Below are positions 28,893 through 42,530 of a stretch of DNA of 64,000 nt, piece after piece. The stretch is from NCBI GenBank assembly GCA_973895155.1, contig OZ316891.1:18811048-18875047 (forward strand). The letters are read 5' to 3'. Made by a program: the position numbers and the translations under genes. Every line of letters starts with the position of its first letter. Positions within the stretch are counted from its first letter, which is position 1. The notes below the pieces were generated by a model. The model was not told where the DNA came from. It searched no databases and saw nothing but the letters and a program-made list of their open reading frames with translations. Source of the DNA: Marsupella aquatica. Lineage: Eukaryota > Plantae > Marchantiophyta.

Positions 28893-29958
28893 CCTGGCTA
28901 CCAAAATTCAGTCCTCGTCCTCTTTTCCGCATCAATCGAGTAGTAGGCGACTGATGTTTCCTTCAGTCGCGTGTTGAGCTCAAATTCCAGGAAACAATCG
29001 TCCTTCTTGACGTTCCTCCAGCGGTGCAGTGGTGGTCTCCTGGAACCGACTTGCTTTCCACGTAATTGAACTCTCCCCTGGATGAGAGCTACCGGTATGA
29101 TTGAATGATTACATTACTATTTCCGTCGACTGCTTCTGTGGTGGAGATGTGGCTCAGCAACCTTTGGGCTGACAATCCCAATCCGAAAACAAGTTCTCAC
29201 ATCCAGCTCGAACCAAATTGGTCGTTATTAACTTTGCCTGAGTGACTCTCTCCAATTGGGGTGAAGAGTGTCATTACCACTGTGGACCGCAAGTTCGATC
29301 ACACACCACAGTAGCTAGCTCCCTCAATTTCCACCTGTTCTTCACTAGAATTACAGATCCTCTGACCATTGAGGATTAGTTAATATCTGCTGTACTGCCG
29401 CAGGGATGCTTCTTCCTCAGCATCGTGCTGCCTTAGGACCTGTCGTTGCCTATCTTCGGTCTGCAATCAATACCTGACGAGCGACGGCCAGCCGCGGACC
29501 GAATTTCTTTTAAGTATTCTTTTCTCGTCACAGGATGTGTATCTGAGGTAGACTTATTATTGTACTTATTATATTTTATATCTACTATAAAATATAATCT
29601 GCTGACTTCCTCTATTATTAGCTACAGAAGTTTTTGGACGTGCTTTTGCTTTACTCAACAACTAGGAACAAGCTTCCCGATAATTGCACATCTAAATGCT
29701 CCAGCCGAATACCTAGAAGGAACAACTCTCACCCAGTAAAAGAATAATCAGGTTTATAGTATGAAAAATCTATTCAACCGGTGGGAGCTTGCATTATCAC
29801 ATAACACAGTAGACGATGTGCAATCATCCATATGGTGTACTATGCTATGGTCTGTAGTGTCTGAGGGAGCATGGTCTCCAACATTAGATGGCGCATCCAC
29901 TTGAACTTGTTTAGTCTATCGTTTAATGTGCTAGTGATGGTCTCATTGTGGTGTTCTA

Positions 29959-31312
29959 GGCATTCAAAGAGACGAGTCCCTGGAACAGCATTAACTGTAC
30001 CTCGGGGACTCCCCCAAAGCCTCCCGGAAGGAAATCCCTGAGTTTTCCCCTTTTTGCACCCGTCAGTTTTCAGGCCATGATCACACTCGCTGCCCCTGGC
30101 TCCCTCTCAATTAGAGACTTTCTCTCCCTCTCACTTAGAAACTTAATTTCATTCAACTTTCTTATCCTCACTTGTGTAGTGCCTTTTTCCCTTACATCTC
30201 TTTGTGGGAGTATTAGTTTAAATTTCTTGGACTCCATGGAGGGTTCTCGGGTATTGTCCCGGTATTGAAAATAAAACAAAATTGACAGTAGCTGACATTA
30301 TTTAAATTTCTTGGACTCCATGGAGGGTTCCGGGTATTGTCCCGGTTTTGAAAGAAAAAAAACTTGAATTCCATGGAGGCAATAGTTTGACAGTAGCTGA
30401 CATATTTTGACTCCCTTTGCAAAGTCTGGCCCCAGTCTAGTTTTAGTAGTTGATTTATGAGGGGTGGATTACTAAGTGAAAAATCACCTGAGCTCAAACT
30501 CTTGCCACTAAATTCTTCCCCAGTTCATCGTTGTATTCCATGCCTTCCAGACAGCCCATTTAAGTTAATGTATTGAGAAGATTCCAAATTTTACAAGAGG
30601 GAATTGCTGAACATAGATGTTTTGATTTCAAAACACTAAAGTTACAAAGCTAGGCACATTTATGAGCTAGGCATGAATGCATTGGTTACCCATCTGGAAG
30701 GCCTGAAATACAACGATGAACTGAGGAAGAATTTAGTGGCAAGAGTTTGAGCTCAGGTGATTTTCCACTGAATAATCAACCACTCATAAATTAATGACTA
30801 AAACTAGACTGTGGTAGGACTTTGCAAAGAGGGTCAAAATGTGTCAGCTATTGTCAAACTATTGCCTCCATGGAGTTCAAGTTTTTTGGTTTTTTTCAAA
30901 TCCGGGACAATACCCGGGAAACCTCCATGGAGTCCAAGAAATTTAAATAAAATTCCAGCTACTGTCAATTTTTATTTCTTTTCAAAACTGAGACAATACC
31001 CGAGAACCCTCCATGGAGTCCAAGAAATTTAAACTACTGTCAAAAGATTGCCTCCATGGAGTCCAAGAAATTTAAACTAACACTCACACAAAGAGATGCA
31101 AGGGAAAAAGGCACTACACAAGTGGGGATAAGAAAGTTGAATGAAGTTGTCTCAAATTGAGAGGGAGCCAGGGGCAGCGAATGTGGTCATGGACTGAAAA
31201 CTAAAGAGATGGGTGCAAAAAGAGGGAAACTCAGGGTGCTCCTTCCGGTAGGCTGTGGGAGAGTCCCGAGGTCAGTTAATGCTGTTCCAGGGACTCATCT
31301 CTTTGAATGTCC
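29959..31312. mobile_element. Non-autonomous foldback/MITE-like DNA transposon with ~600-bp inverted arms, TA target
   Basis: Left arm 29959-~30570 is the reverse complement of ~30680-31312 (GGCATTCAAAGAGACGAGTCCCTGGAACAGCATTAAC vs GTTAATGCTGTTCCAGGGACTCATCTCTTTGAATGTCC). TA on both sides. Internal repeats ccatggagtccaagaaatttaaa. Confidence 0.88.
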
Positions 31313-32024
31313 TAGGCTATGTATATGATAATGCAGGTTTAGTTGGGGGTTACTAGCCTATAACCCATAACACTAGCCTGTAACCCCATGAACCTGCAAC
31401 TCCATGAAATTGTTTAGTCTGTCCTTTGCTAGCGATGGCTCATTGTGGGGTACTATGCTATGTATAGGATAATGCAGGTCTAGTTGGGGGTTACTAGCCT
31501 GTAACCCTCTTATCAGAAAATGAAGAAAACCTGAAAAAAACCTAACCTACAGTTGAGAAGGTTCAATAAATGATTGGTGTGTTTTTTGAGCTTCGTGGCT
31601 ATTCCTTTTTGAGAGAGTGATTAAATAGGGGCGTTCACAAATGGTATACAACAATATCATAAGGTGAATCCCCCAAGGATGTACAACCCCTCAAAACTTG
31701 GTCTAAAGCCCTCCTTTGTCGGACATTAATATAACCCACCATGCACAGTTTCATGCCCTGCAAACATGGAGTTGTTATATACAAAGCTAGCCCATGCTTT
31801 GCAGAGATATTGTTGTGCTTGTGCCATTTTGGCACAGAAATTAGGTCATTGTGTGAAGTGTGTCCTTGCAAAATGTCATTTTTGTACAAAATCCAGGTTG
31901 TTGATTTTGTGGTTGAAAGGTGAAGCAACCTTGATTGTCAAATGCTGCAGATGACTTCATAGTTGAAAGTAGAGGATAGAAGGCACTAATGAGGGAAAAT
32001 TGAGGCAAGCTCTAGTTACTTTTA

Positions 32025-32146
32025 TCCAAGCAAGAACCGCTTAGGGTATAGTGTGCAACTTAGTTAACCTAACCAAATGTCCAACTATAATTAGCCTAAC
32101 TATGGTTACATGTCATAACTCTCGACCTAAGAGTAAATACCTAACA
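32025..32146 (-). mobile_element. Fragment of the same LTR family as 22080-22500
   Basis: Ends gagtaaatacctaaca (reverse complement tgttaggtatttactc, cf. tgttgggtatttactc at 22080) and shares tatagtgtgcaacttagtt. Confidence 0.6.
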
Positions 32147-33281
32147 GGGATTGGGTGTGAAAAAATTAAATCAGGTATAAGTTTCTCACAAATTAAACTA
32201 AGCCTAGAATCTATTGGAGCAAAAAGGAAAACTATGTGCAAACAAAGGAGTCCATTGGGCAATGCCCAGAAAAGATCAACGGGGGACAAAGATAAGTACA
32301 GCTGGAAGGGGGGCTGAATAGAAGAGTGGGAGATTGAATCACAGCTACATCAATTTCCCCCTGCCTTCCAGAAAGAAAACAAATTGGCTGCTACCCCCCA
32401 CAATGAATGAAATCAACCCACCTCCAAAAACAGGCACTGGACTGAATGTGGGAGGGGTGGGGTGCACAGGCATTCACATTCCCCCCTGAATTCACCCCCA
32501 CCCTCAAAGTAAATAAAACCCCCAAAAAAACCTACTTTTCCTCCAACACATTAGAAAAGCGAGGAGAAACAAAGTTAAAAAATAAAATCAAAAGCACTAA
32601 CCATGAGTTGGGCCTAGTAAAGGTGCCACTAGTTGTGGACCGTCTGTGCACAGGGGTCAGCATTCTCCCCAAGCTCACACACTCACTGATCTAGTTGCCA
32701 AGTAGACTCATTGGCTCCAGTAATGTCCGAATGCCCGACACCCTCACTTATGCTTGACAAGAATGTCTTCCCCTCAACATCAGTAAATATGCACAATACT
32801 TTGCTACCCATGTTATTGGGCTGATCATACCAAAGTACTTCTATGTACCTTCTAGCACGGGAATTTGTGTACCGTTTACCTTCTAGCACGGGAATAAGCT
32901 AGTACCTCTACCCTCCCTTTACACTACTCCAACAATACTAAAAAGACACAAGCATGTGAAGGCTAGATAACAATGCCATTATGCCAAAAAACAATAGCAC
33001 AGATAACAAATAATGCAAAACACAATCGCATGTGAAACGCTAGATTCTGTTTAAAGTTTATAAACAGACCATTAGTAAACTGTTTGCTGGAATCTATATT
33101 ATGAGATGCGTCCACAGTGAGTAGAATATAAAACAATTAAACGCCAGTAACTTCTCAACAACAGGTTTTTTGTCGGAACAGCTGAAAATCTTGGAAAGGC
33201 TGGGTTTTCCAATTTCAGTTTGTTTTCAATACTTTATAGTACAATATTGTCGCCGGACCCACCAAATCTACAGCTCAACTA

Positions 33282-34582
33282 CACTCTTTACAGTATTTAG
33301 TCTCACACACTCTAATTATTGTGAGTTTATATTTGAGATAAGTGACGAAAATTAGTGTGTGTGACACTAATATAGTATGACACTAATTGTGATCACAAGT
33401 CAAATAGTGTCACATACACTTAAAGTTAAAAACAAAGAACTGACAATAGTTAAAAGTTGCATATAAAAAATTAAAAAATGCGCACAATATTTGGTTATAG
33501 TTTACAAACTTAACTACTCAAACATTGAGAAAACTTCAGAAACAGAAACTTATAACTCCTTCCATACACTACTCAAATACGGGCTCAAATATTAAGCAAA
33601 CTTCATAAATTTATAACTCCTCCTCACATTTGCAGTTTTGGGGTACTCTTGAAGCACATTGAGCAAACAATATCTATATATTTGATTCACTTCAATCACT
33701 CTATGTCACATGTTGTCTCACATAAGCTACAAACTAACATTTTTTTCAATCTCCTACAATCTGTCCCCTGTGTCTCATCCTTGCAAGATGACGTACAGCC
33801 CCAAGAGGAGAGGGTTGAGCTGACTCTTCACCTGATTCACCAATATCAGGAGCCACTTCAACAGTAGCATCAATGTCAAGGCCAACTCGACTACGTTGAA
33901 AATTCACTTGGTACTTTGCTATGATATTCTGAAGCTCAAGTGTAAGTTGATTTTCAGACTATAAACCATTGACAATTAGAGACAAACCGGTGTTTATCAT
34001 TGAATTTTGTGCATAAGACATGTGATGTCTGTGAATAGAATTGTTCATCTTAGCTACAGAGTCCCTTGCCAATGTCAAAAATCAATGTTTGCCCTCATGT
34101 TTGCCTGGATTTATCAATTTCCCAGATGTGTCCTGTGTCCCAGTCCCCACATTTTTTGGGTCTTCATTTATCAATTTTTGAAATCCCGAGGATAAGCCAA
34201 ACGAGATGCAGATTAATTATTATTGACATTTTGACATAGTCTTGATTCTCTTTCCCTTGTGCTAGCAAATCCAATCCATTCCCACCATGTTATAAATTTA
34301 TCAACCTCCTTTCACAAAGACCGACAAGGTAAAACACAAAAGAACTTTCTAAGAACATACACACAAAGAGATGTTGTTGGTAGTTTGGATTAAGTTTGGA
34401 GTGAGAGCAGTTTAGGGTAATAACATTGTCACCTCTAATTATCAATATTTTTCAATGTATTAATTTATTTTCCAAAATTAAGGGTGACGGTAAATAGTGT
34501 CACTTGGCTGAAAATCAAGAGCTACCCCAAATTAGTGTGTGTGACACTAATTGTTTCGTGACACTACATACTGTAAAGAATG
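33282..34582. mobile_element. Non-autonomous TIR DNA transposon (~1.3 kb) with TA duplication
   Basis: 25-bp TIRs CACTCTTTACAGTATTTAGTCTCAC vs CATTCTTTACAGTATGTAGTGTCAC (right end, reverse complement), TA at 33280-33281 and 34583-34584, and subterminal aattagtgtgtgtgacactaa motifs at both ends. Confidence 0.72.
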
Positions 34583-35814
34583 TAATTTCAGGTGCCCACT
34601 TGTTTCAATAGTCTTAAATAGTTTAAATAGTAAGTTTAAGGAGGATGTCCTACAGTAAAACAGTAGACTTTGGCTCTGCTGCTGATCACTTGAAGCGCAA
34701 CTTGACGATGATTGGTGACCTATTGAGCTCGGTGAGAAAACCTTTCAAGAAATTCTATCGAAGTGGATGCAGAAGTAGCATAGATCCGTCTCTCATAGAC
34801 ACAGCGTCGGCTGAGCAGTCAGTGATACTTAAATGGAGCGCATAAAATGCCGCCTCGGATGTAACTTTTCAATCAATTGCAATTGAATGCAATTGCATCA
34901 TCGATTCATTTTGGTTCGTTGTTCTTGTTCAATTTTGCTGCATTTTGTACTTGAGCCGTTCAACGCTTGATGCATGTTCAGTAGGAAATGTTGCTCAATG
35001 CAGTTAGAGGGTAAATAGTGGGCGTCCTTCACAAGCCAGTCAATCGCCAGTCCAGCAGATGAAGTCGAGGCTCATGAATTATAAGGCATGGCATGATCCA
35101 ACCGACAATGAGGACCATGGGGGAGGAGGTCGTTTTTCTCAGGCAAGACGTCTCTCTGGCTCTCTAGCAAGGGCCCTTCGCTTTATTCGGAGTTTAGTAT
35201 TTTGAGCCCTGTGCCGCCTGCCTGGTTCCCAGGAAGTTGCGAAGTCGACCCAGGCGCCAGACAACCAGTGGCAACTGTTACCCTTGCCTTTAATAGGTCT
35301 TTCTTTCAAACGACCTGTGTTCTCCGTGGCTCTCGTCAGAAAGAATCAGAAGTCGCCTCACAAATTGAATTCTTGTGATGATCATCTCTAGACATACAAC
35401 ACAGTGTAGAAGTCTAGCTTACTGTGGTGTACAAGGTGCACTGGCGCAATGAGCAGGCCACTGAGAGTCGAGGGGGCAAATCAAACTATATGGCCTCCTC
35501 GCCTGAGTGGTGACGTAATCATATGGAAGGAAGAGTACCAGAAACGAACGCGAACAAGCAAGGTAGCAAATTCATGACAATGAGCTCGGCATTGTCTCCT
35601 ATTGCAAAGCAACAGAAAGTTCGAAACTAAGTGAAAAGGCTTGTCAAGTGAAAAAGCTGTGACATAGATTGATATGTAGGGAACGGGTCTTTCTATGTAT
35701 ATAGTAAGGAACCAAAAGTAGTCATGAGGATTGTGTGATGAGCTGAAGGGGAACGTGAACACGCCAGAGGGTGGGTGAGGTTAGGAGACCTTCAATGGCA
35801 GCCATGTATGGCCC

Positions 35815-37259
35815 GAGGGATATGCTCAATAGACCCCCTCCAGCAGAAACTTTACTTGATCAGCCCCCTCATTATGGCCCGTACCCTTTTCCCCATGTAA
35901 GGCCCTTTTCCCCGTGTAAGGCCATACTGCACAGTTTTCAGCCTTATTCTATGACTTTTCAGAGTCCCCATTCAACAATGCAATAATCGGGCAAAAATCA
36001 CAGCGACTGTGCTAAGGTCGATTAGCAACGGGACCTCGTAATTAGAAGTCAAAATCGGGCATTTGCACATCCACGCCGCCACGATCAACATTAGGGTTAT
36101 GTTATGCTAATGCGAATACATTGACATGAATGTATTCTATTTGTAAACTGATCTCCGCATTTTTTAATATCCTCCCATCCCGACTTTTGTCCATGCTCGA
36201 TAACAACTACACTCAACATTCCACGAGGCGCACGACGTGGACACCCTTCCCGTGTGGTACTAAGCCATTTTTGTGGTAGCTTCAGTGGTCTTCAGATGCA
36301 ATCTAGCTTGAGGTAGCTTCAGATACAATGTAGCTTCATTGGAAGGCAAGGAGGCCCATGATACATCTAGACTGCAAGGTCACAACTCGACTTGCAACTT
36401 GTACTGGAAACATTTATTAATAAAAAGCAAGTTGCATTCATTATGTTCTGATGTATAAAAGTTATTCATTCTGCTGTCCGAGACTACCTTCAGTTTGCAC
36501 CTTCAGTTTTGGAAGACATCGTCCACATTGTCTTCACACCACACTTAGCAATTTTTCCAACGACAGGATATTCTGCTTCAAGAAGCCATTTGAGCAGGGG
36601 TAAATGGCCGATGTTGTGGGTTTTGGAAGACATCGTCCACATTGTCTTCGCACCACACTTAGCAATTTTTCCAACGACAGGATATTCTGCTTCGAGAAGC
36701 AATTTGAGCGGGGGTAAATGGCCAACACTAGTGGTTTCACACAAGATGCACATGAGAACTGCAAAACAGTTTCAAAATATGTATAACATCTCTTAAACCC
36801 TAAACTATCGTGCGCCTCATGGAAAGTTGAGTGTAGTTGTCATCGAGCATGGACACAAGCCGGGATGAGAGTATATTAAAAAATGCGGGAATCAGTTTAC
36901 AAATAGAATACACTCATGTCAATGTATTCGCATTAGCATAACATAACCCTAATGTTGATCGTGGCGGCATGGATGTTCAAATGCCCAATTTTGACTTCTA
37001 ATTACGAGGTCCCGTTGCTAATCGACCTTAGCACGGTCGCTGTGATTTTTGCCTGATTACTGCGTTGTTGGATGGGGATTGTGAAAAGTCATAGAATAAG
37101 GCTGAAAACTGTGCAGTATGGCCTTACACGGGGAAAAGGGCCTTACACGGGGGAAAAGGGTACGGGCCATAATGAGGGGGCTGATTGGGGCAAAAAAGTT
37201 TGGAGGGGGCTGATCAAGTAAAGTTTCTCCTGGAGGGGGTCTATTGAGCATATCCCTCC
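35815..37259. mobile_element. Mutator-like (MULE) non-autonomous element with ~420-bp TIRs and 9-bp TSD
   Basis: GTATGGCCC at 35806-35814 and 37260-37268. Arm 35815-~36235 is the reverse complement of ~36808-37258. G-starting long TIRs with a 9-bp TSD are typical of MULEs. Confidence 0.88.
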
Positions 37260-39759
37260 GTATGGCCCTAAGGACTAGGGTGGTACTTTTCTCGTCCGCG
37301 ATTGGCAACAAGGTAATTGATATGTCCAGTACTCCAGTGTCCACATTTCGCTAACTACTTTTGGTTTAATAAGTGGAATATTTCATGGCAACCTACATTA
37401 GAATGTCCTCAAGACCTGGACTCAGGCTGCTCGAGCATGGGATAGACGTCCCGTATCCCCTTTATTCCGTTTTTTGTTGTTAGCTGCTGGAGGTAACCGG
37501 GGGAGGTAGCTGAATCCGGAGAATTTTCCTTCTTCGAGACAACATATAATGTTATATCCTAAATTTCGTAAATAATTTCATATCCACGCACATGAGAACC
37601 CAAGGGTAAGGTTTATCCGTTTTGCAATCATTTTTAGAGCCATTTAAAAAATATTGATGGGCAATCTAGGAAAATTAAGTGTTATAGGCAAGTAAACACC
37701 TTGGAATATTTGTCAAATCTAGTTTATATAAAGGGTCTTGCCATGTTTCATCTTTCTATTGGTCCACATGTGACCATGATTTGTGTACTTGCCGCAAGTG
37801 ACCTAGTAAAAGCCTAGTAATGTGTGAAATCACACCTGCTCATATAAAATCCTCATTCCCTCACTACTCTTCACTCCTCCTGCTGAAGAGTCTCACACCA
37901 TAAAAGTGGAACACTTGCCAAATAAAAGGTTATACACTCACCACCTTTTGCGGAGCTCGAGCTCATTCCTAAAACTCTGAACTTTATAATGAGAGCTACT
38001 TGTAACCCATTGCTCTTTATAGGTGCATTGTGTGGCTTAAAGAGAATTAAAAGAGAATTACTCAAAATAGCATCTAAGATGAACTCCACCAATCCTCAAT
38101 AGGTCAGAAACCCACCATGGAACGTGACTATGACAAATCCTGGTCATCATTCTGATGCCCACAGCCCCCTCTATTTATGCTCAAATGAATCATGGAACGC
38201 TACAGTAGATTTCTTTTGAGCTTTCTCCTTGGACATTCCCCATTTATTGGGGTTTGTTTCCTTTTTTATTCACTTTTCCACGGTATTGGGTATTTTATCT
38301 TATATTTTTTTTTATCCCTATATTTTTTTTTGGTTTTTTGTTTGTTTGGTAGTCTATCCCTATATTGGGTATCGTGTCTTTGGGATCACGTCTCCGGTTT
38401 ATCTATTCTTGGGAATGTGATACATGTTTTGAGATGCACGAGACTACCAGATGAGAAAAGAGATACAGTGAACACTGGTCCCATGTGGACCAGTGGATAC
38501 ATTTGTGTTGACTGGACAACTAATCCATGTCCATGTAATCGAATCGTAATATCAACGATCATTTAGACTGAAAAATTGGCACGTGACTTTGTCCCGTTCC
38601 TTGAAAAAGCTGCTTTTACCGCTCAGCCCACAAGCACGTGTTTGAGCAGGCTCCAGGCATATCCAGGCATTATAGGCACCCTATCTCCTCAAAACCGGGC
38701 TCCAAAACTGAAACTAAAGCCGTCCTGTTAGGGGCATTATGGCCCACAATGGCCTGTTACCAAGGGGTTCCTATGTAATTAGTGTATATTAGATTTGCTA
38801 CCGATTTCTTGTTGCTGTTCTTGTAAGAAAGCACTCTGTGTCCTATACTGCAGCATTTAGGGAAGGGCAGATCTTTACAGTGGCTTTACCCAAATTCTGC
38901 TCTCCTACACCCCTCTCTTAAAAGAAGCAAATGCATTGATTTAGAGCACCAACACAGCCTAGAGCAGAGCTATTCATTCATTCATTATAATACACAATCC
39001 CCCCTTTTTTACTTATCGTCTGCTTACAAAATGCTCTTTTGAAGGGAACTCATTATGACCCTTGGATTTAAAACCTAAATATTCCTGTCCATGAGATCTG
39101 GTGAAAAAAGAATAATAGATGTCCTAACTTGGGGCACACATGCCCTTCCACGCACACCTGCACTATGACACTAATATCCATAAAATGATTTTAATATCAA
39201 GATGAATGGAAATTGAATGTGAGTCAACAATTTGACATGTGGCTATAATGGGTAGGACAAGAAAATCTAAGTAGACCCCACATTACTTTTGGACACATGC
39301 TTGCCCCATTCACCTAAAGTAAACTTATAGAAAAGTAACAATACAAATTAGAGTTTTGAGTTGACAATACATTATTTATAAGAAGTGGAAGGAAGGCTAT
39401 TGAGGGGAGAACTAAAGTTCTTACTTTTTCTATTCTCTCTATGAAGTATTTCTTTCAACTTACATTAACACTAAATCCTAAATTGTTTTTTGCAATAACC
39501 ATATTGACCAAGTACACAATGACCCCAAACATAAATGGCCACAACAATGAAAGGGTCACAATGATAATTGATTGCAACAATGAAATAGTTGCAATAATAA
39601 GATGGCTGTAATGACAATTATTCAGCACACTGACAATTGGTTTATTTATATACATATACAAATTGAACATTATAAAAAGCCATCCTGCCTAAAAGCTTCC
39701 ATGCAATCAACTTGACATCTTTTATCGCCTCAATGTCATTTTTTCTCCTTGACATCATT

Positions 39760-40080
39760 TTTCTCCTCAAAATCTTTTCTCTTCTCGGCATCTTTTATCA
39801 CCTCAACATCTTGTATCACTTCAACATCTTTTTATCACCTCAACATCTTTTATCACCTCAACAGCCTCAACCCACAACTGATTGACCCTATATGAGGGGG
39901 AAGTATCCAAGACCTTTTTGCACATGCATTCGGCTCACTTTTCTCCTCAAGCATGCCAGTTTACTTCATGATTTCAGGAGAAAACCACTTTAAATGCTAA
40001 TTATACATGCATTCCACTCACTTTTCTCCTCAAGTGTGCTGGTTTGCTTCATGATTTCAAGAGAAAACCACTTTAAATGG
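39760..40080. repeat. 19-bp minisatellite and ~87-bp duplication
   Basis: acatcttttatcacctca about 4 times (39789-39862); catgcatt...ctcacttttctcctcaag...gagaaaaccactttaaatg twice. Confidence 0.7.
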
Positions 40081-40789
40081 TAACTATGCGCAACCTGAGT
40101 ATCTTTCAAAGGGCAGCTGTGGTTTAACGTGAGGTTTAATGAAGCAAGGATTTTTAAGGGCAACGGGATCTTTTGTTAGCAAAGAAAAACACTGTTTGCA
40201 AGTCACCACTGTAGTTCTGTATGCCTTTCATTTTTGACTGGCTTCTGGATTTCTAGGGCATTTCTAGGGCATCTCCAGGACCCCTAATAGCTACTGTAGC
40301 TAGTTAGCAAATTAAAAAGGCTAGGAGTCCAAATTCTAGTTTCAAGAAAAATTGACACATTCAAACCAAGTTGTGGATATATTTTGCTAGGCAGACTTTA
40401 TAATTTTTTTCTAATGTACGATGAGGCAGGAGTCCTCACTTCTTTTTCTTCCCACCCATCATTTGCAAATAAGTACAGGGTTTTTGAATTGTTTAGTAAT
40501 AGACTCTTAGTTTTGGTGGAAGCCACCAAAATCCCTTCAGTGCGGCCCAAGAAAGATACCATTTGGGAAGGGGATTGTGATCACCTTGCAATTGCTCCTG
40601 CCAGACAGTGCAGACTTGCTCATTGCTGGGTCCTTTAGTGTAGCTGTCTACACATGCTCTAGGCCTTGGAAAACTTAGGTGGAGTAATCACAATAAATGC
40701 TATGGATTAGCATGATTAGAAGTTAATGGAATTTGGTTCTAGAATGTGTTTGCAAGATTGTTTAGTTTGCTTATTGGATTCGAGCTGTT

Positions 40790-42530
40790 AAGCTACATCA
40801 ATTAGTATAGTTCGTTTTAATGCTAGACATGAAACTAGGGGAAAATGGCGTTCATTCCTATATATGTGCAATTGAAAACATTGTGCAACCACAGCGTCCA
40901 ATGCTTTTGACAGAAGCGGAAAGTCCGATTCGGAAGCAATCGATGCCATTTTCATCAGAACGTGGAGCCTTGTACATAGTTCCTCTGAAAAGAAACATGC
41001 TTCGCGATGAAATTTCGAACCGGACAGTCTTAGAAGCACACTTCAAAGTACCTCTGGCCTGGTGGCATCCAGATTGCAAGTGACGGTGGTTCTCCTGATT
41101 AATGATCCCAAAAGAGTGATCGAAATCTTACTCTCCTTGATTGTCATGCGTTCACTGCATGTCATTTACGATTAGTGCTTGTAAGAATTTGTTCCGAGTT
41201 CCTTGCTCCTTCATATACATGTACCAGCTACAGAGGATATTTGGACTCTCAGCGTCCGGGAGCTAAACTCCCAATAAACGATGACTTAAAAAAACTACTA
41301 AATAGGATTCTTGCTAAACATACGCGAGTCCTTATGATCCTCCTTGTCTGCCCAGTGAAAGGCATTTTGAAGCTTAAATGGTGTCAATTGAGTCGCTTAA
41401 TTTCGAGAATTTATACGAAATAGAACATCTTGCTCTTTCCGATCAGACTGTCGCAATTCTGTAAGGGTCAAAAACAGTTGGAGTTCCATGTACTGTAAGT
41501 CTAAAAGTAATTGCCCAAGACTATGCTCTATAGGAACGCCATTGACATCAGACAGCTTCGTTTGAGGAAAACTTGTCAGTGCATCGTGGAGCCTCGATGT
41601 CCCCAGACATATTGAAATTGAATCCACCCACTAATGCGCATATGTCAGTAATCTTGGTGTCCAGAGCTGCAAGACGAACCTAGACAGTTGCCCAGTTATG
41701 AGAGTTAACGTTCTTCTCACTTCTCCAGTAAAATGTGTGCACGAACTAATTTGTTCTTTTTTGTCCTTTCAATTCACGAGAGAACTTTCCTTGAAAATTT
41801 ACTAAGAGAACTTTATTTCTCAAGATTCTCTTTTCGAATGTTAGATTCTTTGTTGATCTGCAACCGCGTTGGCCAGGAGCTTGACAGTGTTGAATATTGG
41901 AAGGACTATTTCTCCCTTTTTCGTGATGTGGTTTTATCTTTTTGCTGTTATAATGCTTTGATCAAAATATCACTCGGATGTGTATCATAGAAGCAGTAGG
42001 CACCCTCGTTATGATCCATCCACAAGTGTGATGAGTCGGGTCAGGACCTAATATTCCTACTGGATCATGATCAATCTGCCAGCCTGGAAAGTGTTTTCTC
42101 CCAAAGTGTGAACCACTGAAACTTCTCGGATTCTGAGCAACTTCAATCCTCCGTGGAGACAGAACTCCCGGTAGAGCTCGTTGCCCGTGACTTGCGGAGA
42201 CTGAACTTTTGAAGCTTTACTTCAATACAACCAGGCCAGAGATCTCCTGAGCATTCTGCAGAGCTCCCCAGACTGTCTGTTGGAGATTAAAGTATTGCCA
42301 AGCTCACTGTAAACCTCTCATGGCGATGTAACCTTGAGAGAGCAAATGAGCTGAACACGATGCCATGCGCGCAATTCACTGCCCGAAATGGTATGGCCCG
42401 TCCCTCCCCTTTGATCATCATCCGCTTCCATCATGTTGAAATCCCCCAAAACAATCCATCGGAATAATGAATCAATTCAGTTGAACAGCGTTCTCCATAA
42501 TAGCGTTTTCCATAATTCCGTCCACTCACG
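40790..42530 (-). mobile_element. Degenerate L1-like LINE ORF2 fragment (APE endonuclease to start of RT)
   Basis: Minus-strand RWIVLGDFNM (~42430-42460), IDHDP (SDH-P equivalent, ~42060) and KAPRSDENG (KAPG-DG equivalent, ~40950); many stops. Confidence 0.7.

Noticed and set aside
35771-37344. Paralogous small ORFs 35771-35986 (+) and 37057-37344 (-)
   Set aside because: Their similarity comes only from the MULE terminal inverted repeats.
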